Assembly: GCA_951406725.2 (NCBI GenBank)
Contig: OX597814.1
Span: 197,470,001 to 197,534,000 of the forward strand
Direction: 5' to 3'
DNA: 64,000 bases
Source of the DNA: Octopus vulgaris
Lineage: Eukaryota
Shown: piece after piece, positions 1-12,918 of the stretch
Layout of the letters: each line of letters begins with the position of its first letter
Position numbering within the stretch: the first letter of the stretch is position 1
Translations under genes and position numbers: made by a program
Notes under the pieces: model-generated
The model's input: the letters and a program-made list of their open reading frames with translations, nothing else
Told to the model about the DNA's origin: nothing
The model's database searches: none

Positions 1-355
1 TTTACTTGTTTCAGTCACTTGACTGCGGCCATGCTGGAGCACCGCCTTTAATCGAGCAACTCGACCCCGGGACTTATTCTTTGTAAGCCCAGTACTTATT
101 CTATCGGTCTCTTTTGCCGAACCGCTAAGTGATGGGGACGTAAACACACCAGGGGGACAAACACAGACACATAAACACACACACATATATATATGCGACA
201 GGCGTTTTCAGTTTCCGTCAACCAAATCCACTCACAAGACATTGGTCGGCCCGGGGCTATAGCAGAAGACACTTGCCCAAGATGCCACGCAGTGGGACTG
301 AACCCGAAACCATGTGGTTGGTTAGCAAGCTACTTACCACACAGCCACTCCTGCG

Positions 356-357
<2 letters not shown>
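1..357 (-). mobile_element. SINE family A (tRNA-type head, internal CA/TA microsatellite), near full copy
   Basis: Minus strand reads GGCGCAGGAGTGGCTGTGTGG (A-box-like) ... GGTTCAGTCCC (B-box-like) ... GACTGAAACAAGTAAA tail; the same sequence recurs more than 10 times in the window. Confidence 0.85.
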
Positions 358-393
<36 letters not shown>

Positions 394-473
394 GAAATGA
401 GGTACTCAGAAATCTGGATGGTTTTATATTTACAGATATTTATTAGTATGTTACATGTTTTTATACTTCATAT

Positions 474-510
474 ATTAGCGCGTTCGTCCATTCTAGTGGA
501 GTCTTAAAAT
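474..510 (-). ncRNA. Heavily degenerate minimal hammerhead relic in a PLE-tail-like insert
   Basis: Minus: ATT-TTAAGA-CTCCA ctagaa TGGAC-GAA-CGCG-CT-AAT; stem II and palindromic CGCG remain, core damaged; (TA)n follows about 85 nt downstream. Confidence 0.3.
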
Positions 511-1825
511 TTTTTTTAAAGTTTTTGCAGGAATTTTGACCCTTGTTATAGTATTATTGAGTGTGTAGTGGTGGGGAGAGATATAAGATAGTACAAGAGG
601 GTGAAAGAGAGCATGTGTGTGTATATGTATATATCTTTATATATATATATGCATCCTTATATATGTGTGTGTGTATGCATGTGTGTTTGCGCTTCTATTT
701 GTCCCTTGCCACCGCTCGACAATGGATGTTGTTTTCTTTGCGTCCCCGTAAATTAGTGATTCGGTAATAGACTTCGATACAGTAATTACAGGACTTAAAT
801 GGGAAAAAAAATACTGGAGTATTTATTCAACTTAATCCGTCAATGTAGTGCTCCAGTATGGTCGCAGTACAATGACTGTAGCAAGTTAAAAATTAAAAGA
901 TATGTTCCGTTTACCATTTATGTCGACAGAAATGCATAAAAAAATATTAGAGAGAGACCAACAAGTTCGTTTATGGTCACCAATTTACTGCTGCAGTGAC
1001 TAAAAACTAGAAAGTTCTAACAAGTTAGATGATCCTTCACACTTTTAACTGGAGCTCGCATGGTGTTATAGCCGTAAGTGTAATATCGAAACCACAAAAT
1101 AAAGTGTTATTTCACAGTGACAAAATATTAATATTTTCGCAAACGAACATCGTTCTTTTGATGAGAAATCTTACTTTTATTTCACAGTAAAATATTCCAT
1201 ATAGTCAGTTAATTTCAATTGATTGAATTAGCTAAAATCTAATTTAGAGTACCGCTACTTGTCGACGCTTGGTGTTAACATACATTAACACTCCATGCGG
1301 TGGCTTTTAAACGCGAGAAAACTCATATTCAGCAACCGTTTTTATTTCAAAAGTAGATAAATTCTATAAACTACGCTTTGCATACATTTGTGTGCGCGTG
1401 TGATATTTTATAAAATGGATACGCTGTCTACTGAAATTTAACAGCTATTTGTTATATTGATCTAAGTCCAACATTATATTTTCACTTTATTTTTGCTACC
1501 CAATGCTATATATTATCGTTATTTTTTTTAATATTTTATGTGTGTCTATATATGCGTGTGTGTGTATCTGTGTATATGTACATATCTATATGCATATATA
1601 AGCATAGATATACATGTTTACATATATGTATGTATACATGTTATATATGTATGCATATACATACATATAGAATTATATATACGAACACATACAGGCGTAA
1701 AGATATATGTATGTATGCATGTATGTATGCATGTATGTATGCATGCATGTATGTATATATGTATATATGCATGTATATATGTACGTATGTATGTATAGAT
1801 AATAATAATGATAATAATGATAATA

Positions 1826-2555
1826 AAAGCCCTTCATGGCTTTTGACCCTAACTGATTGGAAGTGTTATCATGTACATTGTTCTGTCTTGGTATAAAAGA
1901 TGGGCTACAGCAAATATTCTGCTCAATACCACAGATTTGCTTGTCAGTTGCTTGACCTTAACCAGGTGAGCATGTCTATTAGTGTCTGACGATATCTGCA
2001 TCACTAATCACGAGCAGAAGTAGTGGGGAAGTATCATAACCATGTGTTGAGAGGAATTCTTTGGGGTTTGAATAATTCACTTCTGGAAAGATGTTTTTAT
2101 TCAACATACTTAAGCAACCCTTAAGAGACCATTTGTGCGGGAATGGGCTATTCAATCCGAAGATCTAACTGGGCTCCCTTTGCAAGGTCATGTGCTGTTT
2201 TCATGATATAAGAGCACCATGTCGCGCACATATAGTTATGCTGCATATGCCTGGTGTAGCCTTATCAGATGGGTGGTCATGATAGGTAGTCATGGGCATA
2301 TTGGGCTTCGTGTATTTGTACCCCCAGTGTCATATGCTACATGTGCCTGGTGTAGCCTTAACAGATGGGTGGTCATCATAGGTGGACATGGGCATATTGG
2401 GCTTCGTGTATTTGTACCCCCAGTGTCTTATGCTGCATGTGTCTGGTGTAGCCTTATCAGTCCGGTGATCATGATAGGTAGTCATGAGTATATTGGGCTT
2501 CGTGTATATGTACCCCAGTGTCAATTTGATAGCATGCACTGCTCCCTCATTCAAT
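1826..2555 (+). mobile_element. Non-coding interspersed repeat flanked by (AAT)n, with internal 96-bp unit x3 (2238-2522)
   Basis: Homologous to 8745-9190 (same orientation) and 29808-30367 (inverted); all abut AAT microsatellites; units start at 2238, 2334, 2430. Confidence 0.75.
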
Positions 2556-2974
2556 AATAATAATAAGACAGAGAAGAATGTTTATGCAAATGCATATCCA
2601 ATATAGTCAGTCATGTATTACAGCTTATGTAATAATAACAGTGCCTAAGTATACGATGCTTCTTGATATATTTTTTCAATGTATTTTAGTTATTGCTGTT
2701 ATCTTATATTTTTCATCTTTTGTTGCTTCTTCCCGTACTGGAAATCCTACTCTCCTGATATTGTATGTATCGGTTATGTAATGATGCGGTATAGGTTTCG
2801 TCCTGTGGCGAGAGATTTATGCAATGATGTGGTATAGGTTTCGTCCTATGGCGAGAGATTTATTTACACTAGGTATTTGATCTTCCTTTTTAATACGATC
2901 CAGTGATAGGAAACCGATCCTTCTACTTGTTTGTGTATGAGAGAGAGAGAATATAGATACAGCTGAATAACAAT

Positions 2975-3725
2975 AGGACTGCGGGGTCTGATGGAATCTG
3001 TGCAGAAGTCTTGAAATATGGGGGTGACAAAATGTTTGAACTCTTAAATATATTACTTTGTTGGACAACTGAGAAAGTGCCTTATGGCTGGATTGATGTC
3101 ATTTTCGTCCCCTTGTATAAATCGGGGCCAAAGGATATGTGTGGTAATATTCGTGGAATTTGGCTTTTGTCTGTATTTGGAAACGTACTTGCCCGCATTT
3201 TGTTAGAACGTTTAAATACCTTCATAGTTCCAAATATAGTGTCTGAGTCTCAATGAGGCTTTCGTTCCTGATTGTATCTTTACTATCAGATAATTACAAC
3301 AAAAGTGCATTGAACAGAATCTTGCTCTGTACCATTGCTTTGTTGATTTGAGCACAGCATACTGTTAATCGAAATGCTCTGTGGTCAATTCTATGGAAAA
3401 TAGGTTGACCAGGATAATTTGTAGACGTGATTAACATATGAAATTTGTAGACGTGATCAACATATGAAATTTGTAGACGTGATCAACATATGAAAGTTAG
3501 TTAACTTTGGTGGGAGGATCTCTGGATCTTTTGCCGTGGAAAATAGAGTAAAGCAAGGAGACCTTGATACACCCACCCTCTTTGCAATATACTTTGATGT
3601 TGTCACATGCTTTTCAAACTCTGAGGAGCGTATTTACATAAAATATCGAACAAGGAATGTTTTTAATCTGACACGTCTGAAATTGAAAACGAAGGTTTTT
3701 ACTTCACGCATTAGGGAACTTCTTC
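2975..3725 (+). pseudogene. Decayed RTE-clade LINE reverse transcriptase fragment
   Basis: Translates EVLKYGG..VPYGWIDVIFVPLYKSGPKDMCGNIRGIWLLSVFGNVLARILLERL..SESQ*GFR, LQQKCIEQN..CFVDLSTA, VKQGD..PTLFAIYF, with stops and frameshifts. Confidence 0.85.
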
Positions 3726-3925
3726 AGAAAGCGTTACAGCTTGATTTCTTACCTAAAACTTAATTGCAAATGTTATGAAATGAGGACATAATAATACCAC
3801 TATTATGTTGAAATTACAAGTTGATCTTAAAGGTATTCTTGGCTTCGTTACTAAATACCTGCTAAAACTTTGATCTCTTGATTGTTTCGTTTTATAATGG
3901 GTAGGATATATGCATACATATACAT

Positions 3926-3956
<31 letters not shown>

Positions 3957-5452
3957 CACATACATATAGATACACACACATATATACATTGTATACATAT
4001 ATCCATATATTCGTATATATATATCTATGAATATAAATGCATGCATATACATATATGTAGATATGTGTGTATATATGGATATTTATATATATGTTGATAT
4101 ATATATATATGTGTGTGTGTGTGTGTAATCAACTGAAGGAGACTGCATAAAAGCTATGTCTGAAATTAAAATAATTGCATCCAGGAATTTTCCAAATTGA
4201 AATTTTTGTCGGTTCGAATATTTTATCATTTCTTCTCGTGAATTATTTAACTTTTTTACTCAATTTTCTTCAAAAATGTTTCCTTTGTTTCTGGTAAATA
4301 ATTGATTTAAGTTTGCTTTTCTTTTTTCTTATATTTTTTCCTTTTGTGTTAATGAGTTCAGAAATGGGTTTGATGAAATATTTTTACTATATATTTATAC
4401 ATAAATAGTTTTTTCTTTCCCCTTCTCCCTCTTTCTCTCGCCCATCTCTCTCAGAAATTTGATAAAATTTCGAAAAATTTTATCTCATTGTTTAGTTTTT
4501 ATTTAAAGTAAGAATTTATATTATTATTTATCAATTTCCATAGATTGTTTTAATTGCATTTTCTACAGGTTTGTTAGTACAATATTTAATATTTAATTCC
4601 TGTATTTTATTATAGAAGTTGCAAATAATTCACTCTGTAGTCTGAACAACCTTTAATTACAATGAATTGCTGGAATGAATAACAAAAACATTGTCTTTAT
4701 CGATAATTTGTTTTCATAAATATATTTTATAATTACTAGAAAATTTGATAATTCTGATAGTAGGTTTCTTATTTATTTTATTTCAATTTTTTAAACATTT
4801 AAACAATTTTTTTTACAACTTTCAAACATTTATATTCATTTCAATAAAATACAAATGTGTTATTTTCATTTGGTGCAGTTTGTGAAAATGTTTCCATCTC
4901 GTGTTTTTTCGCAATTACTCAATTTTTTTACAACTCATGCTGGTCTGTGTCGACTCTCAATGCGTTTAGTGTTTTTTGAATAAATATTACAATTTATTGA
5001 TTCATTATACTGTCCTTATTTTTAGAATGTACACGTCACAGGTATCGACACCTTTGAAATTTTAACTTTGCATACTCGCAGGAGTGACTGTGTGGTAAGT
5101 AGCTTGCTAACCAACCACATGGTTCTAGGTTCAGTCCCAATGTGTGGCACCTTGGACAAGTGTCTTCTACTATAATCTCGGGCCGACCAAAGCCTTCTGA
5201 GTGGATTTGGTAGACGGAAACTGAAAGAAGCTCGTCGTATATATATATATATTCACAAACACACAAACTTGTCATTTACTATTATAGATAGAAATTCCGG
5301 TATCTTCCGTCTTTCTCATTGTTCAAATAACAAACGAACACTGTTAGTAAACGTGCTTTAGTAGCAAGCTAACATGTGTCTACCATACATTTGTTATCTA
5401 ATTACGTACATACATGCATACATGCATACATACATACATACATACATACATA

Positions 5453-5663
5453 CATGGTGGCCCAAAAGTAAGTTTACAGTTTTCCAACTATCTCTTTCGC
5501 ATTCATAGATCAACAGTTTAGATCTTAATTATAAAATGATATGAAATAATTATTCTATGCTATTTAGTTAATTGTAAGGTAGAAACTGAAATATAATAAA
5601 ATGTTTTAAAAGAAATTCAAAGTGCCTCCGTGATAACTGTAAACCGACTTTTGGGCTACACTG
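5453..5663. mobile_element. Tc1/mariner-type MITE
   Basis: Imperfect ~29-bp TIRs (CATGGTGGCCCAAAAGTAAGTTTACAGTT / AACTGTAAACCGACTTTTGGGCTACACTG) with TA on both sides. Confidence 0.75.
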
Positions 5664-5714
<51 letters not shown>

Positions 5715-6857
5715 CTTGGTCCTTAACTGTGACATATTCAAAATAAAATTTCGCACATTATCACGACTCTCATCCAGCGAATATATAAACGCAATGACAC
5801 TAAATTTTTTTAGAAATTCGTGACTGACTTTGGATAAAGTATAAAAACATGTTACAGGTAGATTTTTTGCGGAAAGTAAAAATCAAATCTGCCAGTGCAT
5901 TCCCTGTTTTTTTATAAAATACACAGTTCATGTTTTTAAGTTTAAAAGTTAGCAAAATATAGTACTCTAATGCTAACACAGTGACATTATATCAATATAT
6001 TTCATACTATATATTTAATATGCATACGAATAATGATGTTTCAAATGGCACATATTTGGAAACGCTCAAACTGTGGCATACAGTGTGACTTTTACATGTA
6101 TTTAAATATGGTTTTGAAAATCAGTAGCGAAGCTCCATACGTCCATGCATCAATTCGTTAGATTAGTAGAGATATATGCAGAACTACTCTTCGTACACAC
6201 ACACACTACATATTAAAGAAGTCAGCTATCAACACTTTCTTCCGTAGATTTCCAGAAGAATGAAAACCTACATTGATATATTGAAATGTCATGTAACTAT
6301 ACTAACCAACGACATCTAAAATTATTTTTTCTCAATTTATATTCCTTCGGCTTTAAAAAATATTTGTATACTGAAATCCAACCGAATATCTCTATAAGAA
6401 CACAATCTAAAGAAAACCCGACTAACAGAATCTTCAATCACGATTATAGAAATATGTATAAGTTGTTAAATGCCTGTGTAAGACACAAATTGTAAATTCG
6501 AAATTTATAACTTAATGTTTTAGTTTATTAATCCAGAACTATATTAGTAAGGAATTAAAGAATGAATAACTATTTTCTCATAATCATATAACTCTTTTTT
6601 TTACTAATATATATATATATATATAAATTTTCTGAATTTGAAAGAATCGGGTAACTAAATAGTAAAAATACCATGGTAGAATCGGAGATAGCGCACCTGT
6701 GTACTGACAATGTATACTGGCATATATGTTAGTTACTAAAGTGATGAAAAATGTTTTCTTGTATGATGTAACACTTTTGTTTATAAATAAAAAAAAATAC
6801 GTCTGAAACAGCTTCAGATAACCTCAACCCATCTGTGTTATCTATATATAAGTATAT

Positions 6858-6916
<59 letters not shown>

Positions 6917-7897
6917 TCCGTGTAGATTGATTATTATCATGATAATTAATGTTCCTTTGTTGTCAAATACAATTCTTATGTATAATTCAAACAACAAATA
7001 TGTAATTAAATCCCGACGTGGAACCATATGCCTAATGAGGAGCAAATTGCTCTACAAAACTTACCTGAGACTTAAGCAGATACCCAAGTCCTCTTTCGAA
7101 ATGTCACACGACCAATTATTTCGAACTGAAGACATTTTTGTCACTGCAACACAAGTTGCCAAATTGAACTTTTATAAGAGTAACCACAATAACAACAATA
7201 ATTCGTTTTAAGAAGTGAAACTCGAAGTATATAAAGCTATAATAGCATGTAAAGTTCGGATTAAAACAGATTTTGGATAGAAAAATACGAAGAGTAATTT
7301 GGGACTTTTCCTATCCAAAGTGCTTCTTAACTCAGTTTTTTCATGCTGTTATTTATAGTCGTCATCGACTTCGAGTTCTACTTTTAAAACGAATTATTTC
7401 CCGTTCGCTCGAAGTTTCCAAATTTTAATTATGTAACAGATAACAACAAGATTTGGTTATTGAAATTAATCTAAATAGTTTATATAATATTATGTTAAAA
7501 CATCACGTGTATTTGCAAATCTTGTATATTTCTGTGGAAAGCTTCATTGAGTTTTCTCAAGCGTAGAAAATATTTTATAATTTTTCTATGTTTGCGATAA
7601 ATATATAGATTTATTTGATTTCCCTATTTTGATAAAGCTATAAATTTCATATATTTATTAGCTTTGTCTTAAGCAAATGACAATACAATTCATTTGTTGA
7701 AAAAAAAATTATTTATTAACTCAAATATTTACTACTGTAATATTTTTTCTGTTGATTCAAATCTATATTTATTCCTCCTAAAATACAATCTGCATTTCAT
7801 GTTATTTGATATAAATATTTCGTGTATATACGTGCGTGTATATGTGTTAAAAGGCTCTATCTATCTATGGTTATATGCGTGTGTAAGTGAATGTGTG

Positions 7898-7935
<38 letters not shown>

Positions 7936-8744
7936 ATTTTGATGGATATTTATGAAGAAAACTCCTCTTCTGTCATGTAAACGTCATTAGGAAATTGTTA
8001 AGCGCTATCGAGTAGATATTTTTTATCCCTACTTGAAAACCTACGATATTTCGAATTTTGTGTTCCTCCTTCCATTAATCTTAGGTATACAAACGAGCCT
8101 GTTTCGGTTAAATACGTACTTCTTTGGCAAACGATACGTACTTCTTTTCTACTGATAAAGTCAATATGTCTAATATTAAAATAGAATCGCTCCCTCGGTC
8201 ACGAATGACTATGAGATTGCATCTAGAAAGTTCCCCTCTCAGGCACAAGTTCGGGTAAAGTTGTTTACGAAAGACCAGCAGTCGCCCATGCATACTAGCC
8301 TCTCCTCTCCACGCCACCGATGTTATGCAAGGGAAAGGCAAAGGCACCAGCGACGTCGCAACTCATTACAAAAGCTGAATGAGCTGGAGCAACACCACAC
8401 AACCCGGTCTGAGAATCGAAATTACTACCTCGTGATCGTGAGTCCGACGTTCTAACCACTGAGCCATGCGCACTTGTCTAATATTAATAATAAAAATAAT
8501 TCTACTCAAACTCAAAGCCTGACATTTTGGCAGGAGGGGAAAAGACGATTTCATAGATACTAGTGATCAACTGGTACTTCATATTACGGACCTCCAAAGG
8601 ATGTAAGTCGAGTGCGGCAGAATTTGTACTCTGAATGTAAAGAGCCGGACGAAATGTCACTATACAATTTGTCCAACGTATTAAAAGTTCTGCTAGCACG
8701 TCGCGTAATAATAATAATGATAATAATAATACTAATAATAATAG

Positions 8745-9190
8745 TAATGCCCTGATGCAGTACCAAGCAGTGGCTCTCGTGGCTTCTGATCTAAACTGAC
8801 TGGAAGTGTTATCATGTACATTGTTTTGTCTTGGTATAAAAGATGGGCTACAGCAAATATTCTGCTCAATACCACAGATTTGTTTGTCAGTTGTTTGACC
8901 TTAACCAGTTGAGCATGTCCCTTAGTGGCTGACGATATGTGCATCTCTAATCACTAGCAGAAGTACTGGGGGAGCATTATAGCCATGTGTTGAAAGGGAT
9001 TCTTTGGGGTTTTAATAATTCACCTATGGAAACATGTTTCGTTCAACATCCTTAAAGAATCCTTATTCAGGGACCTTTTGAGCGGGATGGGCTACTCGAC
9101 CAGAAGAACATTCTAACTGGGCTCCATCAGAAAGGTCATGTGCTGTTTATCTTGATACGAGATCACTATGTCACGCACATATGGTTGTCA
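8745..9190 (+). mobile_element. Second copy of the (AAT)n-associated repeat
   Basis: Matches 1826-2240; begins directly after an AAT run. Confidence 0.75.
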
Positions 9191-9892
9191 TGCAAAAGAA
9201 GGTGGGATGAAACAGATAGAGGTTGACCTCTAGGAATAATCGAGAAACTCCACAGTCCAAGATCTCCATGAACACCAGATAAGTGTCCTCTCCAGTTCCT
9301 TACTCCGGCTCACATTTCTACACTTAGAGAGATATCATCCACTCTTGCCATTTTCGCAACTTCCACCCATCAATGCGGCCATGATGGAGCACCACATTAT
9401 TGTTTTAAGCGAGTAACTTTTCTGAGTTCCAGATAAGGAGTTTACAGTTTCTATCTATCAATCTATTTACATGTAAGTATGTGTGTGTTTGTGTGTGCGC
9501 GCCTGTGTCTGTGTGAAGGAGGACCGCTGTAGTTTGCTTGAAGCATTATGAGGAAAAAAAAAGTATAACAAAGTAGCGAGGGAGCGAGGACATCAAATTC
9601 TTACAATACGAAATAGAAAATGTCTTTTTCCTTTTCTCATGGTAAGACACTGTCCATATTTTCCATTTTCATATATATATATATATATATAAAGGGGGTT
9701 GTATGATTGTGTATAGATGGATATATATTATTCAAATATTCCAAATCTGCTTTTTTATGTTTTATTTATATTCTTTGTAATATCAATGTAGAATATAGAA
9801 TATATATAGTATAAATAATATATATATAGTAAAATGAAATAAAGTATTGATTGCCTTATTGAATAGATGAAATGTTGAATATAAAATATTAG

Positions 9893-9936
9893 GGGACTAG
9901 TATACCTTCTTGCATTATAGCAGTCTTCAAGGTCCC
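9893..9936 (-). ncRNA. Degenerate minimal hammerhead in a decayed PLE pLTR
   Basis: Minus: GGGAC-CTTGAAGA-CTGC tataat GCAA-GAAG-GTATAC-TA-GTCCC; 5-bp stem I, palindromic GTATAC; AATAAA and then (TA)n at ~9671-9690 downstream on the same strand. Confidence 0.5.
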
Positions 9937-10601
9937 AGGTTGTGACAGGAATGTTTCAACATACATACATACACTGTAGTCATAGAAACTACTTGCAGAT
10001 ACATACGGCAGTTGCTCTTAAAGTGACCAGAATAAAATTGTAGAGTTGAATGAATTATTTTCATAAAAAGAATATAAGCTTACAAAGCAGCCATGTTTTT
10101 CAGTATCATGTATTTCTAAGGCTACATAATTAAAAATAAAAAATGGAAGAGTATGTGTGTGTCTGCTTATATAATGGCCTGCCGGGAACAATGCATTATT
10201 TGGAAGCCTTTGATGATTTTTTTTCTTCTATTTGAAAAGCGTAATTTGTCCTGAAATATAGAATCATTCAACAACCTATGTAACGTAATACAGTGTCTTT
10301 TCAATTTGTTTACATATACTGATCTCAGCTTAAGGAGTCGCAAGATTCTCAAAGTGTTTTTTTTTTAAAATTAATTATACAATTATTTAGAACTTTTCTG
10401 GGGTGAAGCATGGTCAGCTTGGAAACAATTCCTCTTAATAAGGATAGGCGCAATCGTGGCGGTAGTAAGAAGCTTTTCAACCATTCAACAACATAGTTCT
10501 GAGTTCCCACCTACTACGTGGCACCTTGGACAGAAGTTGTTTTTAACCGCAGGCTGAATGAAGGCTTCTGAATGGATCTGGTTGATGAAAGCCGAAAGAA
10601 G

Positions 10602-10667
<66 letters not shown>

Positions 10668-10722
10668 ATATATATATATATATATATATATACCGAGAGA
10701 GAGAGGGAGAAATGTAATTACT

Positions 10723-11120
10723 CTTTTACTCTTTTACTTGTTTCAGTCAATTGACTGCGGCCATGCTGGAACACCGCCTTTAGTCGAGCAAATCGACCCC
10801 GGGACTTATTCTTTGTAAGCCCAGTACTTATTCTGTCGGTCTCTTTTGCCGAACCGCTAAGTGACGGGGACGTAAACACACCAGCATCGGTTGTCAAGCA
10901 ATGCTAGGGGGACAACACAGACACACAAACACAAACACACACACATACATATATATACGACAGGCTTCTTTCAGTTTCCATCTACCAAATCCACTCACAA
11001 AGCATTGGTCGGCCCGGGGCTATAGCAGAAGACACTTGCCCAAGATGCCACGCAGTGAGACTGAACCCGGAACCATGTGGTTGGTTAGCAAGCTACTTAC
11101 CACACAGCCACTCCTGCGCC
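10723..11120 (-). mobile_element. SINE family A, full copy
   Basis: Head-to-tail match to 1-357 and 56767-57166. Confidence 0.85.
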
Positions 11121-11675
11121 AAAATACAATTATAATTAAGGGCACAGAAGTTACCATGCCTATGCCTATATGCTAGAAAGAGACTCCAAATACGTCCAAC
11201 CACTATACGTTTCACTTCAACCGAGGTCGACTTTGCCTTTCATCCTTTCGAGATCGATAAATTAAATATTAAGTACCAGTTGCGTATTTGGGTCGATCTA
11301 ATCGTGTGGCTCCCTCCCCCAAAATTTCGGGCCTTGTGCCTAGATAAAAAAAATACACAGGTTGAAAGTAGGCGAAGGAGACAGACCCAAAATTAGTAAA
11401 ATAATTTAGACAAAGGCGGTGCTCCAGCATGGCCGCAGTCAAATGACTGAAACAAGTAAAAGAGTAAGAGTTCTAGATTGATCAATTTCTGGGATACGTT
11501 TAATAACTCTTCTTTCATCAGTAGAACATACTTGGCAAAATACATGAAAATATTTATACATACCAAGAAAAGCACACGCAAAATACGAGTGTACACAATT
11601 ATTTACAACTATATACCCATCGAATTTACTTAGTCCATCTCAAAACGTGCGTATTTGATCAGAAGAGTATATATA

Positions 11676-11820
11676 TTGGGTTGTCCGGAAAGTTCGTGCC
11701 GATTAAATAGTAGCTTACCTTTCGACTTATTTTAGAACATGGTTGAGTCCATAAAATACGATTTGACTACACCTCCATTTAGAGCACAGTTTAAGCTATC
11801 TTTTCGTGGAATAAGGTTTC
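11676..11820 (+). mobile_element. Mariner-like terminal fragment (one TIR)
   Basis: TA followed by TTGGGTTGTCCGGAAAGTTCGTGCCGATT, a mariner-style terminus; no partner TIR seen. Confidence 0.55.
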
Positions 11821-11829
11821 TGTTCCTAC

Positions 11830-11980
11830 AACCGCTAAGTTACGGGGACGTAAACACAACAGCACCGGTTGTCAAGCAATGCTGGAGGGACAAACACAAA
11901 CACGCACAAACACGCACACGCACACACACACGCACACACACACACACACGCACACACACACACACACATATATATATGTA
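11830..11980 (-). mobile_element. SINE family A 3' half, interrupted at its microsatellite by the PLE
   Basis: AACCGCTAAGTTACGGGGACGTAAACAC...GGGACAAACAC then (CA)n; the SINE continuation ACGGGCTTCTTTCAGTTTCCGTCTACCAAA resumes at ~17500. Confidence 0.75.
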
Positions 11981-12491
11981 CACGTGTACACCGGCAACAG
12001 ATTAGAGACCCAGAGGTCCGTCAGATACCTTTGAGTAACCACCTAGCAACATGTGGTCGGAAAATATATATAATATTTCCATTCTACAAATTACACAGCC
12101 CAAGTGAAATCGAGAGGAAAATCAGAGAAAAGAATTTTATTGATAAATTCGAACCCAAGCTAAATAAGCAATAATAATAATACTTAGAGGTATTACTTCC
12201 ACTGCTACGACCATGACCACTAACAACAACAACAATACTAAAGGTGATCAAGACGAAGATAGCAGGAAAATTATCTTATTTAGGGTTAAAAGTTCTATTG
12301 CCACCACCATCACCACTAGCAACAATAATTAAGGTGCTGACAATGATGATGATGACAATTGAAATATAAAAATATAAAAATCTCTGACAAAGGATATTTA
12401 CAACATTTCTAAAAATAACCCAACAATTGCTGCTTCGGCCAGGGTCAAGATACAGGACTCTTGACCTGTCCAACAAAGCGTGATGCCTAAA

Positions 12492-12633
12492 CCAATCAGC
12501 TCAACCAACCAATCAGCTTAAGTAATTGAGTGATACTATACACTGATTGGTCAGAATACAGTTTGCAAAACCTAGCACTCTGGAGCCTACCCAGCTGTAT
12601 TTATAGCACAGAATCACTCATCTTGCTACAGTC
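12492..12633 (+). promoter_or_regulatory. Pol II promoter in the pLTR: three CCAATCAG boxes, TATA-like box, Inr-like site
   Basis: CCAATCAG at 12492 and 12509, reverse CTGATTGG at 12543, TATTTATA at 12598-12605, CAGTC at 12629-12633 about 32 nt downstream; repeated at +4272. Confidence 0.65.
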
Positions 12634-12668
12634 AAAAATTGTGAAGCATGACTGTCAACACTACTACA

Positions 12669-12713
12669 TGAACCCGAAGATTGCAGAATTCAATGCATGA
12701 AAGTACTAGTTCA
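12669..12713 (+). ncRNA. Minimal type-I hammerhead ribozyme (variant core CCGAAGA)
   Basis: TGAAC-CCGAAGA-T TGCA gaattcaa TGCA T-GAAA-GTAC-TA-GTTCA: 5-bp stem I, 4-bp stem II, palindromic AGTACT at helix III. Confidence 0.75.
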
Positions 12714-12918
12714 ATCAGAATGAATATTTAACATTCTACTATTTCATTTTATTTTATTCAATTATAATATATTATCTTATAATATATCATTATAAGATTG
12801 TAAATAAAACGTGAAAATCAGACAAGGTTGGAATTCTTTTTATTAATATATTCTTCTATACACAATCACACACACCCATATATATATATATCTATATTCC
12901 TATTGTGTATATGCCAAC

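Larger units (their letters stand above)
11981..12851 (+). repeat. 5' pseudo-LTR (partial tandem copy of the element's 3' end, including last ~63 codons)
   Basis: Matches 16253-17123; ORF track gives identical 66-aa translations at 12276-12476 and 16548-16748. Confidence 0.95.

Noticed and set aside
2238-2522. CRISPR-like array
   Set aside because: Plain tandem 96-bp units with no unique spacers; eukaryotic context, no cas genes
2775-2862. 43-bp tandem duplication containing GTTTCGTCC (GGACGAAAC on minus) as a hammerhead
   Set aside because: No CUGANGA box or stem I at the right distance
12824-12918. Retained intron in the PLE leader (AAG|GTTGG)
   Set aside because: Weak donor and no AG acceptor before the ATG at 12919
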